This document shows, one piece after another, positions 8,821-18,479 of a stretch of 64,000 nt of DNA. The position numbers were made by a program, and so were the translations under genes. Under the pieces are notes generated by a model, which was not told the origin of the DNA, did no database searches, and worked only from the letters and a program-made list of their open reading frames with translations. The stretch's first letter is position 1. Each line of letters opens with the position of its first letter. This DNA comes from an uncultured Chloroflexia bacterium. Lineage in GTDB: Bacteria > Chloroflexota > Dehalococcoidia > DSTF01 > JALHUB01. The DNA lies in contig OY969814.1 in NCBI GenBank assembly GCA_963703345.1, positions 64,001 through 128,000 of the forward strand, read 5' to 3'.

Positions 8821-10362
8821 TTGAGCTACTTCCGAAAGCCGCTGGAGCGGCTGAGTCGAGCGTCCGACGGCCCGAATCACAAGTGGTGGGCCTTCACGGC
8901 CGTGTCGATCGGCATCTTCATGTCCACGCTGGACGTGAGTATCGTCAACATCTCGCTGCCGCGCATCATGACGGGCCTCAACGCCAGCTTCGACGCCATC
9001 CAGTGGGTGGTGCTCGCCTACCTGCTGACGATAACTTCTCTCCTGCTGGCTTTCGGGCGCCTTGCCGACCTGGCGGGCCGAAAGAAGGTGTACATAGCCG
9101 GGTTCGTCGTCTTCGTGCTGGGCAACCTGGCGGCCGGCCTCTCTCGCAACGTGATCGACCTCACGATCGCGCGCGCCGTCGCCGGCATTGGTGGCGCGAT
9201 GATCCAGGCGAACAGCGTGGCCATCACCGCCGCCGTCTTTCCGCCCGAAGAGCGCGGCGCGGCGCTTGGCCTGAATGGCACGATAGTCGCCGCCGGCCTC
9301 GTCGCCGGACCCACCGCCGGCGGCCTGATCACCGACGCCTTCGGCTGGCGCTGGGTGTTCTACATCGCCATTCCGGTGGGCCTGCTCGCCATCCCGTTCG
9401 CTCTAGCGGTCCTGCGGGAGAGCCGCATTTCCGTGGCGTCGCGCGGGCGGCGCGAGCCTTTCGACTGGACGGGATCGGTGCTGTGGGCCGCCTTTCTTTT
9501 CGCCCTGCTTTTCGCGCTGAACCAGGGCTCAGCGATGGGCTGGAGCTCGCCGCTGATCGTTACCCTGTTCGCGGCCAGCGTCGCGCTTGTGCTGGCCTTC
9601 GTCATCGTGGAGCTACGGACGGCCTTCCCGGCGATGCGCCTGGGCCTTTTCCGCGTCTGGGGTTTCTCCGCGGGCTCGACGGCGCTGTTCTGCAGCTTCA
9701 CCAGCCAGCAGGTGCCGGTATTCCTGATGCCTTTCTACTTGCAGCTCGTCCGCGGCTTCAGCGCCGAGAAGGCCGGCGTGCTCCTGACCGCCGTCCCGCT
9801 GGCGATGGCGCTGGCCGCGCCGATCAGCGGCCGCCTCTCCGACCGCTACGGCTCGCGCGGCCTTTCGACGGCCGGCCTTCTCGTCTTCGCCGCCGGTTTC
9901 CTCCTCCTCGCGCGTGCAACCACCGCCGGCCAGACGGACCTTCCGCTCATCGGGACGTTCATAGTGCTTGGCATCGGGCTGGGGCTGTTCCAGTCGCCGA
10001 ACAACAACTTCATATTCGCCTCCGTGCCGCGCCAGCATTACGGCATCGCCTCCGGCTTCATCGCGACCATCCGCAACGCCGGCAGCTCGTTGGGCATCGC
10101 CGTCTGGGGCGCTATCCTGGCGTCCAAGCTCACGAGCCACGGCTTCACCGGCGACCTGGAGGCCGCGGCGAACAATCCGACCCTTACCGGCAAAGTGACG
10201 CCGGTATTCCTGGACGGCCTGCACGTCGCGATCTACGCTGCCGTTGCCGTGCTCGTCATCGGCGTCGTCTTCTCGGCGTTGCGCGGGCCGCGACCGACCC
10301 AAGAGCAGCCGACGGCGCCTACATTCGGAGAAGGGCGGCCGGAAGGAAGAGATGTCCGCTGA
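8821..10362 (+). CDS. MFS transporter, DHA2 (EmrB/QacA) family, 14 TMS
   Basis: LDVSIVNISLP, GRLADLAGRKK, GRLSDRYGSR, FQSPNN; TTG start after GGGAG. Confidence 0.92.
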   Translation: MSYFRKPLERLSRASDGPNHKWWAFTAVSIGIFMSTLDVSIVNISLPRIMTGLNASFDAIQWVVLAYLLTITSLLLAFGRLADLAGRKKVYIAGFVVFVLGNLAAGLSRNVIDLTIARAVAGIGGAMIQANSVAITAAVFPPEERGAALGLNGTIVAAGLVAGPTAGGLITDAFGWRWVFYIAIPVGLLAIPFALAVLRESRISVASRGRREPFDWTGSVLWAAFLFALLFALNQGSAMGWSSPLIVTLFAASVALVLAFVIVELRTAFPAMRLGLFRVWGFSAGSTALFCSFTSQQVPVFLMPFYLQLVRGFSAEKAGVLLTAVPLAMALAAPISGRLSDRYGSRGLSTAGLLVFAAGFLLLARATTAGQTDLPLIGTFIVLGIGLGLFQSPNNNFIFASVPRQHYGIASGFIATIRNAGSSLGIAVWGAILASKLTSHGFTGDLEAAANNPTLTGKVTPVFLDGLHVAIYAAVAVLVIGVVFSALRGPRPTQEQPTAPTFGEGRPEGRDVR

Positions 10363-11194
10363 CCAGTCGATTGGCGTTATCTTCGGCGCTGGCATCCTGG
10401 CGGGACTGATGGGCTCGCTGACCGGCCTGGGCGGCGGCGCGCTCATCGTGCCGCTGCTGACGATCGGCTTCGGCCTGGACATTCGCGTCGCCGTCGGCGC
10501 AAGCATCGTCTCGATAATAGCCACCTCCAGCGGCGCGGCTGCCGCCTACGTCCGCGATCACCTCACGAACATCCGAATCGGTATGCTGCTGGAGCTGGGG
10601 ACGACGCTCGGCGGGTTGAGCGGCGCCTATCTGACGACCTACCTGCCCAGCGGCGCTCTTTTCGTGCTATTCGGCGTCGTGCTGCTCGCTTCGGCCCTGC
10701 CGACGGCGCGACGGCTGGGCGAAGAGCTGCCGCACGGCGTCGTCAATGACCGGTGGGCGGGCGTCCTGAGACTGGCCGGCAGCTATCCGGACCGCGTCAT
10801 CGGCGAAGAGGTCGCCTACCAGGTGCGCGGCGTGCCGGCGGGCTTTTCGATGATGTACTTCGCCGGCGTCTTCTCCGGACTGCTGGGCATCGGCGCCGGC
10901 GCGCTGAAAGTGCTGGCCATGGACACGCTGATGCGCCTGCCGATGAAGGTTTCGACGGCGACGAGCAACTTCATGATCGGCGTGACGGCGGCGGCGAGCG
11001 CGGGCGTCTACTTCTGGCGCGGCGACGTCGTTCCGGCTGTGGCGGCGCCGGTGGCGCTGGGCGTGCTGATCGGCGCCTCGGCCGGGGCGCAGTTGCTGGT
11101 GCGCTTTCCGAACGTCACAGTGCGCCTGATATTCATCCCTGTGCTGGTCGGCGTCGGCATCGAGATGCTCCTGCGCGGCCTGGGGGTGGCGTAA
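10352..11194 (+). CDS. Sulfite exporter TauE/SafE (TSUP) family protein
   Basis: GSLTGLGGG, ATSSGAAAAY, SGLLGIGAG, KVSTATSNFMIGVTAA. Confidence 0.9.
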   Translation: MSADQSIGVIFGAGILAGLMGSLTGLGGGALIVPLLTIGFGLDIRVAVGASIVSIIATSSGAAAAYVRDHLTNIRIGMLLELGTTLGGLSGAYLTTYLPSGALFVLFGVVLLASALPTARRLGEELPHGVVNDRWAGVLRLAGSYPDRVIGEEVAYQVRGVPAGFSMMYFAGVFSGLLGIGAGALKVLAMDTLMRLPMKVSTATSNFMIGVTAAASAGVYFWRGDVVPAVAAPVALGVLIGASAGAQLLVRFPNVTVRLIFIPVLVGVGIEMLLRGLGVA

Positions 11195-11596
11195 ATGGAA
11201 GACATGTCATCGACTCCCGTCCGCTACGGCGGCCGCCCGATGGAGCTGTGGATAAGCCGCGTCCTCCTCTTCGGCGTCCTGCTTGCGACGGCTATCATCC
11301 TGGCCGGGCTGACGCTCTTCCTGGCGAAAGGCGGCGGCAGCGGCGAGTCACTGAGCGGACTCGTCGACCAGCAGCGGATGGCAGCGAACCTCGGGTCCAT
11401 CCTGCACGGCATTGCCCGCGCCGACGGCAAGTCGCTCATCCGGCTGGGCTTGCTGGCGCTCATCCTGACGCCCATCGCGCGGGTCGCGATGAGCCTATTC
11501 CTCTTCCTCCGCGAGGGCGACCGCGTCTTCGTGCTGATAACGGCCGCAGTCCTCTTCATTTTGCTGGGCGGCCTCATCGCCAGCGCGCTTACGTAG
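11195..11596 (+). CDS. DUF1634 membrane protein (usual TSUP partner)
   Basis: ISRVLLFGV, GLLALILTPIARV, EGDRVFVLIT. Confidence 0.85.
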   Translation: MEDMSSTPVRYGGRPMELWISRVLLFGVLLATAIILAGLTLFLAKGGGSGESLSGLVDQQRMAANLGSILHGIARADGKSLIRLGLLALILTPIARVAMSLFLFLREGDRVFVLITAAVLFILLGGLIASALT

Positions 11597-11607
11597 AGGT
11601 GCTGAAG

Positions 11608-11645
11608 GCCCTCGTAGGCCAGGCTGCTGGTACCGAGGGCTTTTT
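11608..11645 (+). terminator. Rho-independent terminator
   Basis: GCCCTCG/CGAGGGC stem with inner CCAG/CTGG, followed by TTTTT. Confidence 0.7.
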
Positions 11646-11697
11646 GACACGCGCTCCGGGCTGCCGGTAGCTAGGCCTCAGACACGCGCTCCGGGCT
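11646..11697. repeat. Two exact 17-nt direct repeats GACACGCGCTCCGGGCT
   Basis: Copies at 11646-11662 and 11681-11697. Confidence 0.85.
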
Positions 11698-11735
11698 TTC
11701 CCAGCCTGGCCCGTAACCTGCGTGATTCGCTTGCG

Positions 11736-14006
11736 TTATTTTTCCGGCGTCGCGGGTTGCACCAGCACCTCGAGATCGCCCTCGATCCTCAGGACGTCGA
11801 CGGCCACGCGCGTCTCCGCCGTCCGCTCGAAGCGAAGGTCGGCGCGCGCATCGCCGACGCGCAGGTCGTGCAGCTCAAGGTCGTGAACGAAGTCGGGAAG
11901 CGTGGGCCGGACGATTCGCAGACGCCTTTCGAACGCGTCGGGAACGAGGCCGAGCAACGTCTCCACCAGGTAGGGGACAGATCCCGCCGCCCATGCCTGA
12001 GGATGACAGGCGACAGGGTATTGGACCGGAACTTCGTAGTCCTGGCGAGAGAAGCCGGAGAACAGCTCCGGCAGGCGGTAGTTGTCGAAGTAAGTCGCCG
12101 CTTCGAAGATGCCCTTCATCACCTGTCGCGCCGCCTGATCGAGCCCGTAGCGGCGGAAGCCGGCAGCGATAATCGAGTTGTCGTGCGGCCAGACAGTGCC
12201 CAGGTGATAGCCGACGGGGTTGTAGCGACGTTCCTTCTCGGAAAGGGTGCGGATGCCCCAGCCGCTATACATATCGGGCTGCATGAGGCGCTCGGCAACC
12301 TTCTTCGCCCTCTCCCGGCTCACGATGCCCGTCCACAGCGCCTGACCCATATTGGAAGCGACGACGGCGATGGGGCGCAACCCGTCCTCCAGGGCAAAGG
12401 CGTAGAAGCACTTGTCCTCCAGCCAGAACCTCTCCTCGAAGCGCTTGCGCAGTTCCTCCGCCTCGCGCTCCAGTCGGGCGGCAACGTCGGCCTCGCCGGC
12501 GCGTCGGTACACTTCCGCAATGACCCGCTTGGCGCGGTAGACGTAGCCCTGCACCTCGACGACGGCGATGGGCGGCTTTGCCAGTTCGCCGTCCTCGCGG
12601 ACCAGAGCATCACCGGAGTCCTTCCACCCCTGGTTGACGAGCCCGTTCTCTGAGTCGGACCTGTACTGGACGAAGCCATCGCCCGTGATGTCGCCGTACC
12701 TATCTATCCATTCCAGCGCCCGCTCGACGTTGCTTCGCAACTCGTGGAAGAGGTCCAGCTTCCCCGTCCAGCGGGCGTGCAGGCCCGTCAGGATGAGGAA
12801 GAGCGGCGTCGCGTCGACGGTGCCGTAGTAGCGGGAGTGCGGTATCTCACCCAAATTGGCCAGCTCGCCGACCCGCAGCTCGTGGATGATCTTGCCCGGC
12901 TGCTCGTCGCGCCATTCGTCCACTTCTTTCCCCTGGAACGCCGCGAGGAGGCGGAGCATGTTCTGGGCGATGACGGGGTCGTAGGCGAGCGACTGGATGG
13001 CCGTGATGAGGCTGTCGCGGCCGAAAAGCGTCACGAACCAGGGTATGCCGGCGTCGAAGTACTCGCGTCCTTCGAGCGTATTGCGAAGCATGCGGAGGTC
13101 GCGGAAGGAGCGCTCGATGAGGCGGGTGAGTGCCAGACTGTCGCTTTCGACCACCGTCTGCCGCTTCAGCCAGTCGCCGGCGGAGCGGTGCAGGAGCAAC
13201 TCGATGCGCTTGAGGTCGGGCATCTCCCACGGCCGCGGCTGTATCTCTTCCCTGTTCTCCGATTCGGTGACGACCAGGGAGACCAGAATTTCCTTCGTCT
13301 CTCCGGGCTGGAGGGAGACTTCGAACTGCGCCCGGCTCCCCAGCCTGCGATCAGGCGTCGGCGAGAAGCGAATGTTGACGCCGCGGTAGATGCCGTCGGC
13401 GCCGTCGTAAGAGAAGAAGAGGATGAACTTGTCCCACCGAGGCGGATTGAGCTTGCCCGGCCGCTTCGTCAGCAGGCTGCGAACGACAAACATATCTTCG
13501 AAGCCGGAGCTAAAGCGGAAGGTGAGCGTGAAATCGAGCGGGGCCATGGCGAAGTTCTGCAAAGTGATGACGTCGCGCAAGGCCGAGCGTTCGCTATCGA
13601 TCATGCGCTCCCACTTGATGCCGATGCTTTCTTTCTGGACCTTGCCGCCGTCCTTGGTCTCGAAGTCGGGGTTCGTCAATTCGAAGACGGCTTTGAAGCC
13701 CGCTGCCGCGGTGCCGACTAGGGGCTGCGCATGGGCATCAGCTATTAAGAGCTCGTAGCCGTTTAGGAAGCGACAGTCGTGGTAGTACAGACCGAGGCCG
13801 TGGCCGTCGTTGACAGGGATGTTGCCGTCTGGATTGGTGAGAAGGAAGATGGGGCCGTCTTTGAGGACGATGGCATCGGCAATTGCCGCCGTGGTGGAGG
13901 GCACGGCGTGAGTCAGGACGCGCTGCTTGCGCTCCCGCCTCTCCTTCTCGTCTTGCGGCGTACGTTGGTCCTGAGATTCGGGCGGTTTCACCGGCGACAC
14001 AGCCAT
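11736..14006 (-). CDS. Amylo-alpha-1,6-glucosidase / glycogen debranching family protein
   Basis: GLYYHDCRFL N-domain; AGIPWFVTLFGRDSL, EQPGKIIHELR, YYGTVDATPLF, NQGWKDS, YHLGTVWPHDN, LPELFSG, ACHPQAWA. Confidence 0.93.
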   Translation of the reverse strand: MAVSPVKPPESQDQRTPQDEKERRERKQRVLTHAVPSTTAAIADAIVLKDGPIFLLTNPDGNIPVNDGHGLGLYYHDCRFLNGYELLIADAHAQPLVGTAAAGFKAVFELTNPDFETKDGGKVQKESIGIKWERMIDSERSALRDVITLQNFAMAPLDFTLTFRFSSGFEDMFVVRSLLTKRPGKLNPPRWDKFILFFSYDGADGIYRGVNIRFSPTPDRRLGSRAQFEVSLQPGETKEILVSLVVTESENREEIQPRPWEMPDLKRIELLLHRSAGDWLKRQTVVESDSLALTRLIERSFRDLRMLRNTLEGREYFDAGIPWFVTLFGRDSLITAIQSLAYDPVIAQNMLRLLAAFQGKEVDEWRDEQPGKIIHELRVGELANLGEIPHSRYYGTVDATPLFLILTGLHARWTGKLDLFHELRSNVERALEWIDRYGDITGDGFVQYRSDSENGLVNQGWKDSGDALVREDGELAKPPIAVVEVQGYVYRAKRVIAEVYRRAGEADVAARLEREAEELRKRFEERFWLEDKCFYAFALEDGLRPIAVVASNMGQALWTGIVSRERAKKVAERLMQPDMYSGWGIRTLSEKERRYNPVGYHLGTVWPHDNSIIAAGFRRYGLDQAARQVMKGIFEAATYFDNYRLPELFSGFSRQDYEVPVQYPVACHPQAWAAGSVPYLVETLLGLVPDAFERRLRIVRPTLPDFVHDLELHDLRVGDARADLRFERTAETRVAVDVLRIEGDLEVLVQPATPEK

Positions 14007-14688
14007 GTTCTGGTTCCTCGGCTCCTCAAGAGACTGTTGTCAAAGATCGCCATTGGAGCGAGCGGGCCGTGTGGAGCCGGGATTGGGGATAGACAGGGCG
14101 TCCTTGCCCTGATAACGGCCGTCAACAAGTCCTTCATAAGCCGCGCTGCCGCCGCGTCCGCCTGGCCGATGCACTCTCGCTCCCCGCTTTCGCCTCGATC
14201 AGCACAATCGTTGTCCTGATCCAGGCAAGCGTGCCGTCGGCTTCCGCCGAGACCGCCCCGGACGAATGGCGGCAAGCCCTATCCCTCGATTCGAGCGTCC
14301 TGTCTCGAATCGCTTCCCTGTGAATGGCACGATATTGGATGCGCTTCGTTTGAACAATACCGCCCTTATGTGAAGGACTCATGAATCGCGGTCGCCGGTA
14401 CGTAAACAGGCCGTGAAGGGCGAGCGCTTGAGCAGACGGCGCTGGCACGAGAATTGCCGGGGAACCGAATTCGCGTCGCGATGGTAATTGACAAGAATTG
14501 CGCAGACCTGTTCCACATAGCGTCAAGGAGTGCGATGATGCGTCCGATAATGAATGTAGTGGTTTCTCCGCATATTTCCTTGTGCCCTTCAGGACGCAAG
14601 CTTAGCATTACACAAAGTTCCCATAGGTCGGCGCCGGGAGAAGTACCAACGATCCCGGATAAAAGTGTTACCTGAAAGGAGACCAACT

Positions 14689-16380
14689 ATGCGGAGGAAG
14701 GGATTCTGGTGCCTCACCCTCGTGGCACTCACCGCCACTCTGACTCTAGCGATTGTGGCATGTGGGGGAAGCACAAAGACGAGCTCCACAGCGACACCGG
14801 GCACGGGAGGCGCGGCGCCTGCCGCTCAGCAGAACCTGATCGTCCAGAACAGCGAGCCCGAGTTCTTCGACCCGCAGCGCTCCAACTTCGAGCAGGACAT
14901 CGCCATTGAACGAATGCTGTTCCGCGGCCTCTACGAACTCCAACTCGACTCCAGCGACAACGTGGTGGCTGTGCCTGCCATGGCTGCAGGCGACCCCCAG
15001 GTTAGCGGCAACGTATACACCATAAAGCTGAAGAGCGGCCTCAAATGGTCTGATGGACAGCCGCTGACGGCAAAGGACTTCGAGTACAGCCTCAAGCGCG
15101 AGTGCACTGAAGCCACGGCAGGCCCCTACCAGTACGTCCTCGGTGCCGGCATGCTCGACCTCGTCGGCTGCGACGACCTCTTCACCGGCAAGGGCACCGC
15201 CGACGCCGTCGGCGTCAAGGCCGTCGACGACACGACGCTCCAGATGACGTTGAAGGCGCCCAAGCCCACCTTCGAGACCATCATGTCACTCTGGGCCACC
15301 TTCCCCGTGCGCCAGGACGTCGTCGAGAAGTTCGGCGACAAGTGGACAGACCCGGGCAACATCGTCGTCAACGGGCCGTACACCCTCACCGAGTTCGTGG
15401 CCAAGGACCACGTGACGCTGGCCCCGAACCCGAACTGGGCGCTGGACCCCAAGCCCCAGCTTCAGAAGATCACCGTCAAGTTCATCGACGACCAGGAAGT
15501 GGCGTTCCGCGCCTTCCAGACCGGCGAGCTCGACATGACAACCATCCCGGCGACAGAGATTCCGACCATCCTGAACGATCCCACGCTCAAGTCGGAATAC
15601 CTGCAGGTCGGCTCTCTCCGCATCTGGTCCGTCGAGATGCAGATGAACAACGAAGTCCTCAAGAACCCCAAGGTGCGGCTGGCGCTCTCCCGCGCAATCG
15701 ACAGGACATCGTTGGTCAAGGTCGTCTACAACGACGCTTACCTGCCCGCGACCTACTGGCTCGTCAAGGGCATACCCGGCTACCAGGGCAACGGCCCCTT
15801 TGAGAACATCATCGGCTATGACCCGGCGGCTGCCAAGCAGGCGCTCGCCGACGCCGGCTACCCCAACGGCCAGGGCTTCCCGACGCTGACGATAACCGTC
15901 ACGGACAACCCGGTGCGAAAGGCCGAGGGTGAGTTCTTGCAGCAGGCCTGGAAGCAAACTCTGGGTATCAACACCACCATCCAGGCCGTTGATGCCAAGA
16001 CGCGCTCGGACACCTTCAACTCGAAGAACTTCCAGCTCTTCCCGGGCGGCTGGCAGAATGACTACCCCGACCCCGAGAACTCGCTCATCGGGCTCTTCAA
16101 CACCGGCGGCGGCAACAACGAGTACGACTGCAGCGACCCGGACATCGACGCCAAGCTGTCGGCAGCGGGAGCCGAGACCGACAACGCGACGCGCATCAAA
16201 GACCTCCAGGACGCCGAGACCCTCATAGTCACCAGGCTTTGCGGAGCTGCTCCCCTCTGGCAGGGAGCTTTCCTCTACCTGGTCGACCCCAAGGTCGGCG
16301 GCGTTCGCGCCAACGGCGCCATCGACGCCGCGATGCCCGGCAACTGGTGTCCGGAGTGCTGGTTCATCAAAGCGCAATAA
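14689..16380 (+). CDS. oppA: Peptide ABC transporter substrate-binding lipoprotein (family 5)
   Basis: Lipobox IVAC; KWSDGQPLTAKDF, NGPY, VRLALSRAIDR, GWQNDYPDP; AAGGAG SD. Confidence 0.92.
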   Translation: MRRKGFWCLTLVALTATLTLAIVACGGSTKTSSTATPGTGGAAPAAQQNLIVQNSEPEFFDPQRSNFEQDIAIERMLFRGLYELQLDSSDNVVAVPAMAAGDPQVSGNVYTIKLKSGLKWSDGQPLTAKDFEYSLKRECTEATAGPYQYVLGAGMLDLVGCDDLFTGKGTADAVGVKAVDDTTLQMTLKAPKPTFETIMSLWATFPVRQDVVEKFGDKWTDPGNIVVNGPYTLTEFVAKDHVTLAPNPNWALDPKPQLQKITVKFIDDQEVAFRAFQTGELDMTTIPATEIPTILNDPTLKSEYLQVGSLRIWSVEMQMNNEVLKNPKVRLALSRAIDRTSLVKVVYNDAYLPATYWLVKGIPGYQGNGPFENIIGYDPAAAKQALADAGYPNGQGFPTLTITVTDNPVRKAEGEFLQQAWKQTLGINTTIQAVDAKTRSDTFNSKNFQLFPGGWQNDYPDPENSLIGLFNTGGGNNEYDCSDPDIDAKLSAAGAETDNATRIKDLQDAETLIVTRLCGAAPLWQGAFLYLVDPKVGGVRANGAIDAAMPGNWCPECWFIKAQ

Positions 16381-16411
16381 TATACGGTAAAGAAAGCGAC
16401 GTGTAACATAA

Positions 16412-16442
16412 GTGTGGGGTCCGGGCAACCCGGGCCCCACAC
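16412..16442 (+). promoter_or_regulatory. 14-bp intercistronic stem-loop (mRNA stabiliser or attenuator after the SBP gene)
   Basis: GTGTGGGGTCCGGG-CAA-CCCGGGCCCCACAC. Confidence 0.65.
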
Positions 16443-16450
16443 GGCATGAG

Positions 16451-17407
16451 ATGACCAGCTACATCATCAGGAGGATTCTCCAGCTCATCCCGGTCCTCTG
16501 GGCCGTGGCGACGATTACCTTCATCCTGATGCACATGGTCCCGGGCGGACCGTTCACCCAGGACAAAAAGCTGCCGGCGACCATCATGGCGGCCCTGAAC
16601 CGTCGCTACAACCTCGACGAGCCGCTGTGGAAGCAGTACCTGCTCTACCTCTGGAACCTCCTCCACCTGGACCTGGGCCTCTCCTTCCGCGGCGACCGCG
16701 ACGTCTCCCAACTCATACGCGACGGCTTCTTCGTGACGGCGCAGCTTGGCATCATCGCCTTCATCGTCGCTTCGGTCGTCGGGCTGACTCTGGGAGTCCT
16801 CTCGGCGCTAAACCAGAACGGCTTCCTCGACTACGTCGGTGTCTTCTTCGCGACCGTCGGCGCCGCGCTGCCGAGCTTCGTCATGGCGTCGTTCCTGATC
16901 GTCATCTTCGCCGTCAAGCTGGGCTGGTTCGAGATCCTCGGTTGGGGAGGGCCGATCCAGATCAGTCAGACGCTCGATCCTTCCGCCTGGGAGTGGAGGA
17001 AGATGGTGTTGCCCGTCATTGCCCTCAGCACACTGCCGGCGGCGTTTATTGCGCGTGTGACAAGAGCGAGTATGCTGGAGGTCCTCAATCAGGACTACAT
17101 CCGAACCGCCCACGCCAAGGGGCTCTCCAAGCTGACCGTAATCCGACGCCATGGCATCAAGAACGCCATGATTCCGGTGCTCACCGTGATGGGACCTTAT
17201 GCCGCCATCCTGATCACCGGGTCCTTCATCATCGAGAATATCTTCTCCATTCCGGGCGTCGGCCGCGCCTTCGTTGACGCGGTATTGCGGCGCGATTACG
17301 CGATGATCATGGGCTCCACGCTCTTCTATGCCGCCATAATCGCTTTCGCCAACCTGGTCGTCGACGTCTTGTACGCCGCCGTCGACCCCAGGATCCGCTA
17401 CAGGTAG
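16451..17407 (+). CDS. oppB: Peptide ABC transporter permease
   Basis: YIIRRIL, PGGPF, DYIRTAHAKGL, IENIFSIPGVG, DPRIRY. Confidence 0.95.
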   Translation: MTSYIIRRILQLIPVLWAVATITFILMHMVPGGPFTQDKKLPATIMAALNRRYNLDEPLWKQYLLYLWNLLHLDLGLSFRGDRDVSQLIRDGFFVTAQLGIIAFIVASVVGLTLGVLSALNQNGFLDYVGVFFATVGAALPSFVMASFLIVIFAVKLGWFEILGWGGPIQISQTLDPSAWEWRKMVLPVIALSTLPAAFIARVTRASMLEVLNQDYIRTAHAKGLSKLTVIRRHGIKNAMIPVLTVMGPYAAILITGSFIIENIFSIPGVGRAFVDAVLRRDYAMIMGSTLFYAAIIAFANLVVDVLYAAVDPRIRYR

Positions 17408-17411
17408 AGAC

Positions 17412-18341
17412 ATGGAGGAACTGGAATACCGGGCCGAGCTGATTGAAGAGGCGGACTGGGCGCCCATGCGGCAGCGCGGCCTCTGGAGCGACGCGTTTCG
17501 TGCTCTACGGCGCAACCGCATGTCGATGGCGGCCGTCGTCATTCTGCTGATTCTGGCCGTCCTCACTGTCAGCACCGATTTCACGCAACTCATATCCCGC
17601 TACAGCTATCGCGATCAGGTCTACGCCCACGTCGGGGAAGCGCCGTCCTGGGCGCACTTCTTCGGCACCGACTACCTCGGGCGAGACAACTGGAGCCGCG
17701 TTCTCTGGGGCGTCAAGATATCGCTGGAGATCGGCATAGGAACGCAGATCATCGTCCTGATCGTAGGCATGTCCGTGGGCATCTCCGCCGCGCTGGGAGG
17801 CCGCTGGGGCGACAGCGTGCTGATGCGCCTGACGGACGTAACATACGCCTTCCCCGACCTCCTGTTCATTATCCTCATACGCTCTGTTCTGTCCGGGGTT
17901 CACGCGCCGGTCATCGCTGACCCGCGGCTGCAGGTGATGCTGGCGATCGCAATGGTGAACTGGACGACCATCGCGCGATTGGTGCGCGGCCAGATGCTTT
18001 CGCTGTCGCAGCGCGACTACGTCTTGGCGGCGAGGACGCTTGGGGCCGGCAACTTGCGCATCGTGACGCGACATATGCTGCCGAACACGCTGGGGCCCGT
18101 CACCGTCGCCTTCGCCTTCGGCATACCCTTCGCGATCTTCGCTGAGGCGGCGCTGGGCTTCCTCGGCTTCGGTGTGCCGCTGCCCACCCCCAGCTTGGGA
18201 ACCCTCGTCACCGACGGTTACAACCACATTGCCGACATATGGATCATAGTCTTCCCTGCGGGCGCCATTGCCGTGCTGATGCTCTGCTTCACGTTCCTCG
18301 GCGACGGCCTGCGCGACGCCCTTGACCCGCGCCAGCGCTAG
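17412..18341 (+). CDS. oppC: Peptide ABC transporter permease
   Basis: GTDYLGRD, ARLVRGQ, HMLPN, GDGLRDALDP. Confidence 0.95.
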   Translation: MEELEYRAELIEEADWAPMRQRGLWSDAFRALRRNRMSMAAVVILLILAVLTVSTDFTQLISRYSYRDQVYAHVGEAPSWAHFFGTDYLGRDNWSRVLWGVKISLEIGIGTQIIVLIVGMSVGISAALGGRWGDSVLMRLTDVTYAFPDLLFIILIRSVLSGVHAPVIADPRLQVMLAIAMVNWTTIARLVRGQMLSLSQRDYVLAARTLGAGNLRIVTRHMLPNTLGPVTVAFAFGIPFAIFAEAALGFLGFGVPLPTPSLGTLVTDGYNHIADIWIIVFPAGAIAVLMLCFTFLGDGLRDALDPRQR

Positions 18342-18384
18342 GGACGTAGGTCCCCGAGGGAGTCGACAGACCACTTTGCAAACC

Positions 18385-18412
18385 TTGACAACCGCCCAGG
18401 CGATGTTATAAT
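18385..18412 (+). promoter_or_regulatory. Consensus sigma70 promoter
   Basis: TTGACA-N16-TATAAT with extended TG. Confidence 0.75.
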
Positions 18413-18479
18413 CGCGGCATTGGTGGCTGGCTACTGATTCTCCCCGCTTATTGACCCCCGCCAACAAGGAGGTTGCGCG

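Noticed and set aside
11646-11697. Mini CRISPR array
   Set aside because: Only two 17-nt repeats with an 18-nt spacer and no cas genes.
14007-14688. Small ORFs in the long divergent intergenic region
   Set aside because: No SD or motif support and atypical composition; more likely promoter DNA.
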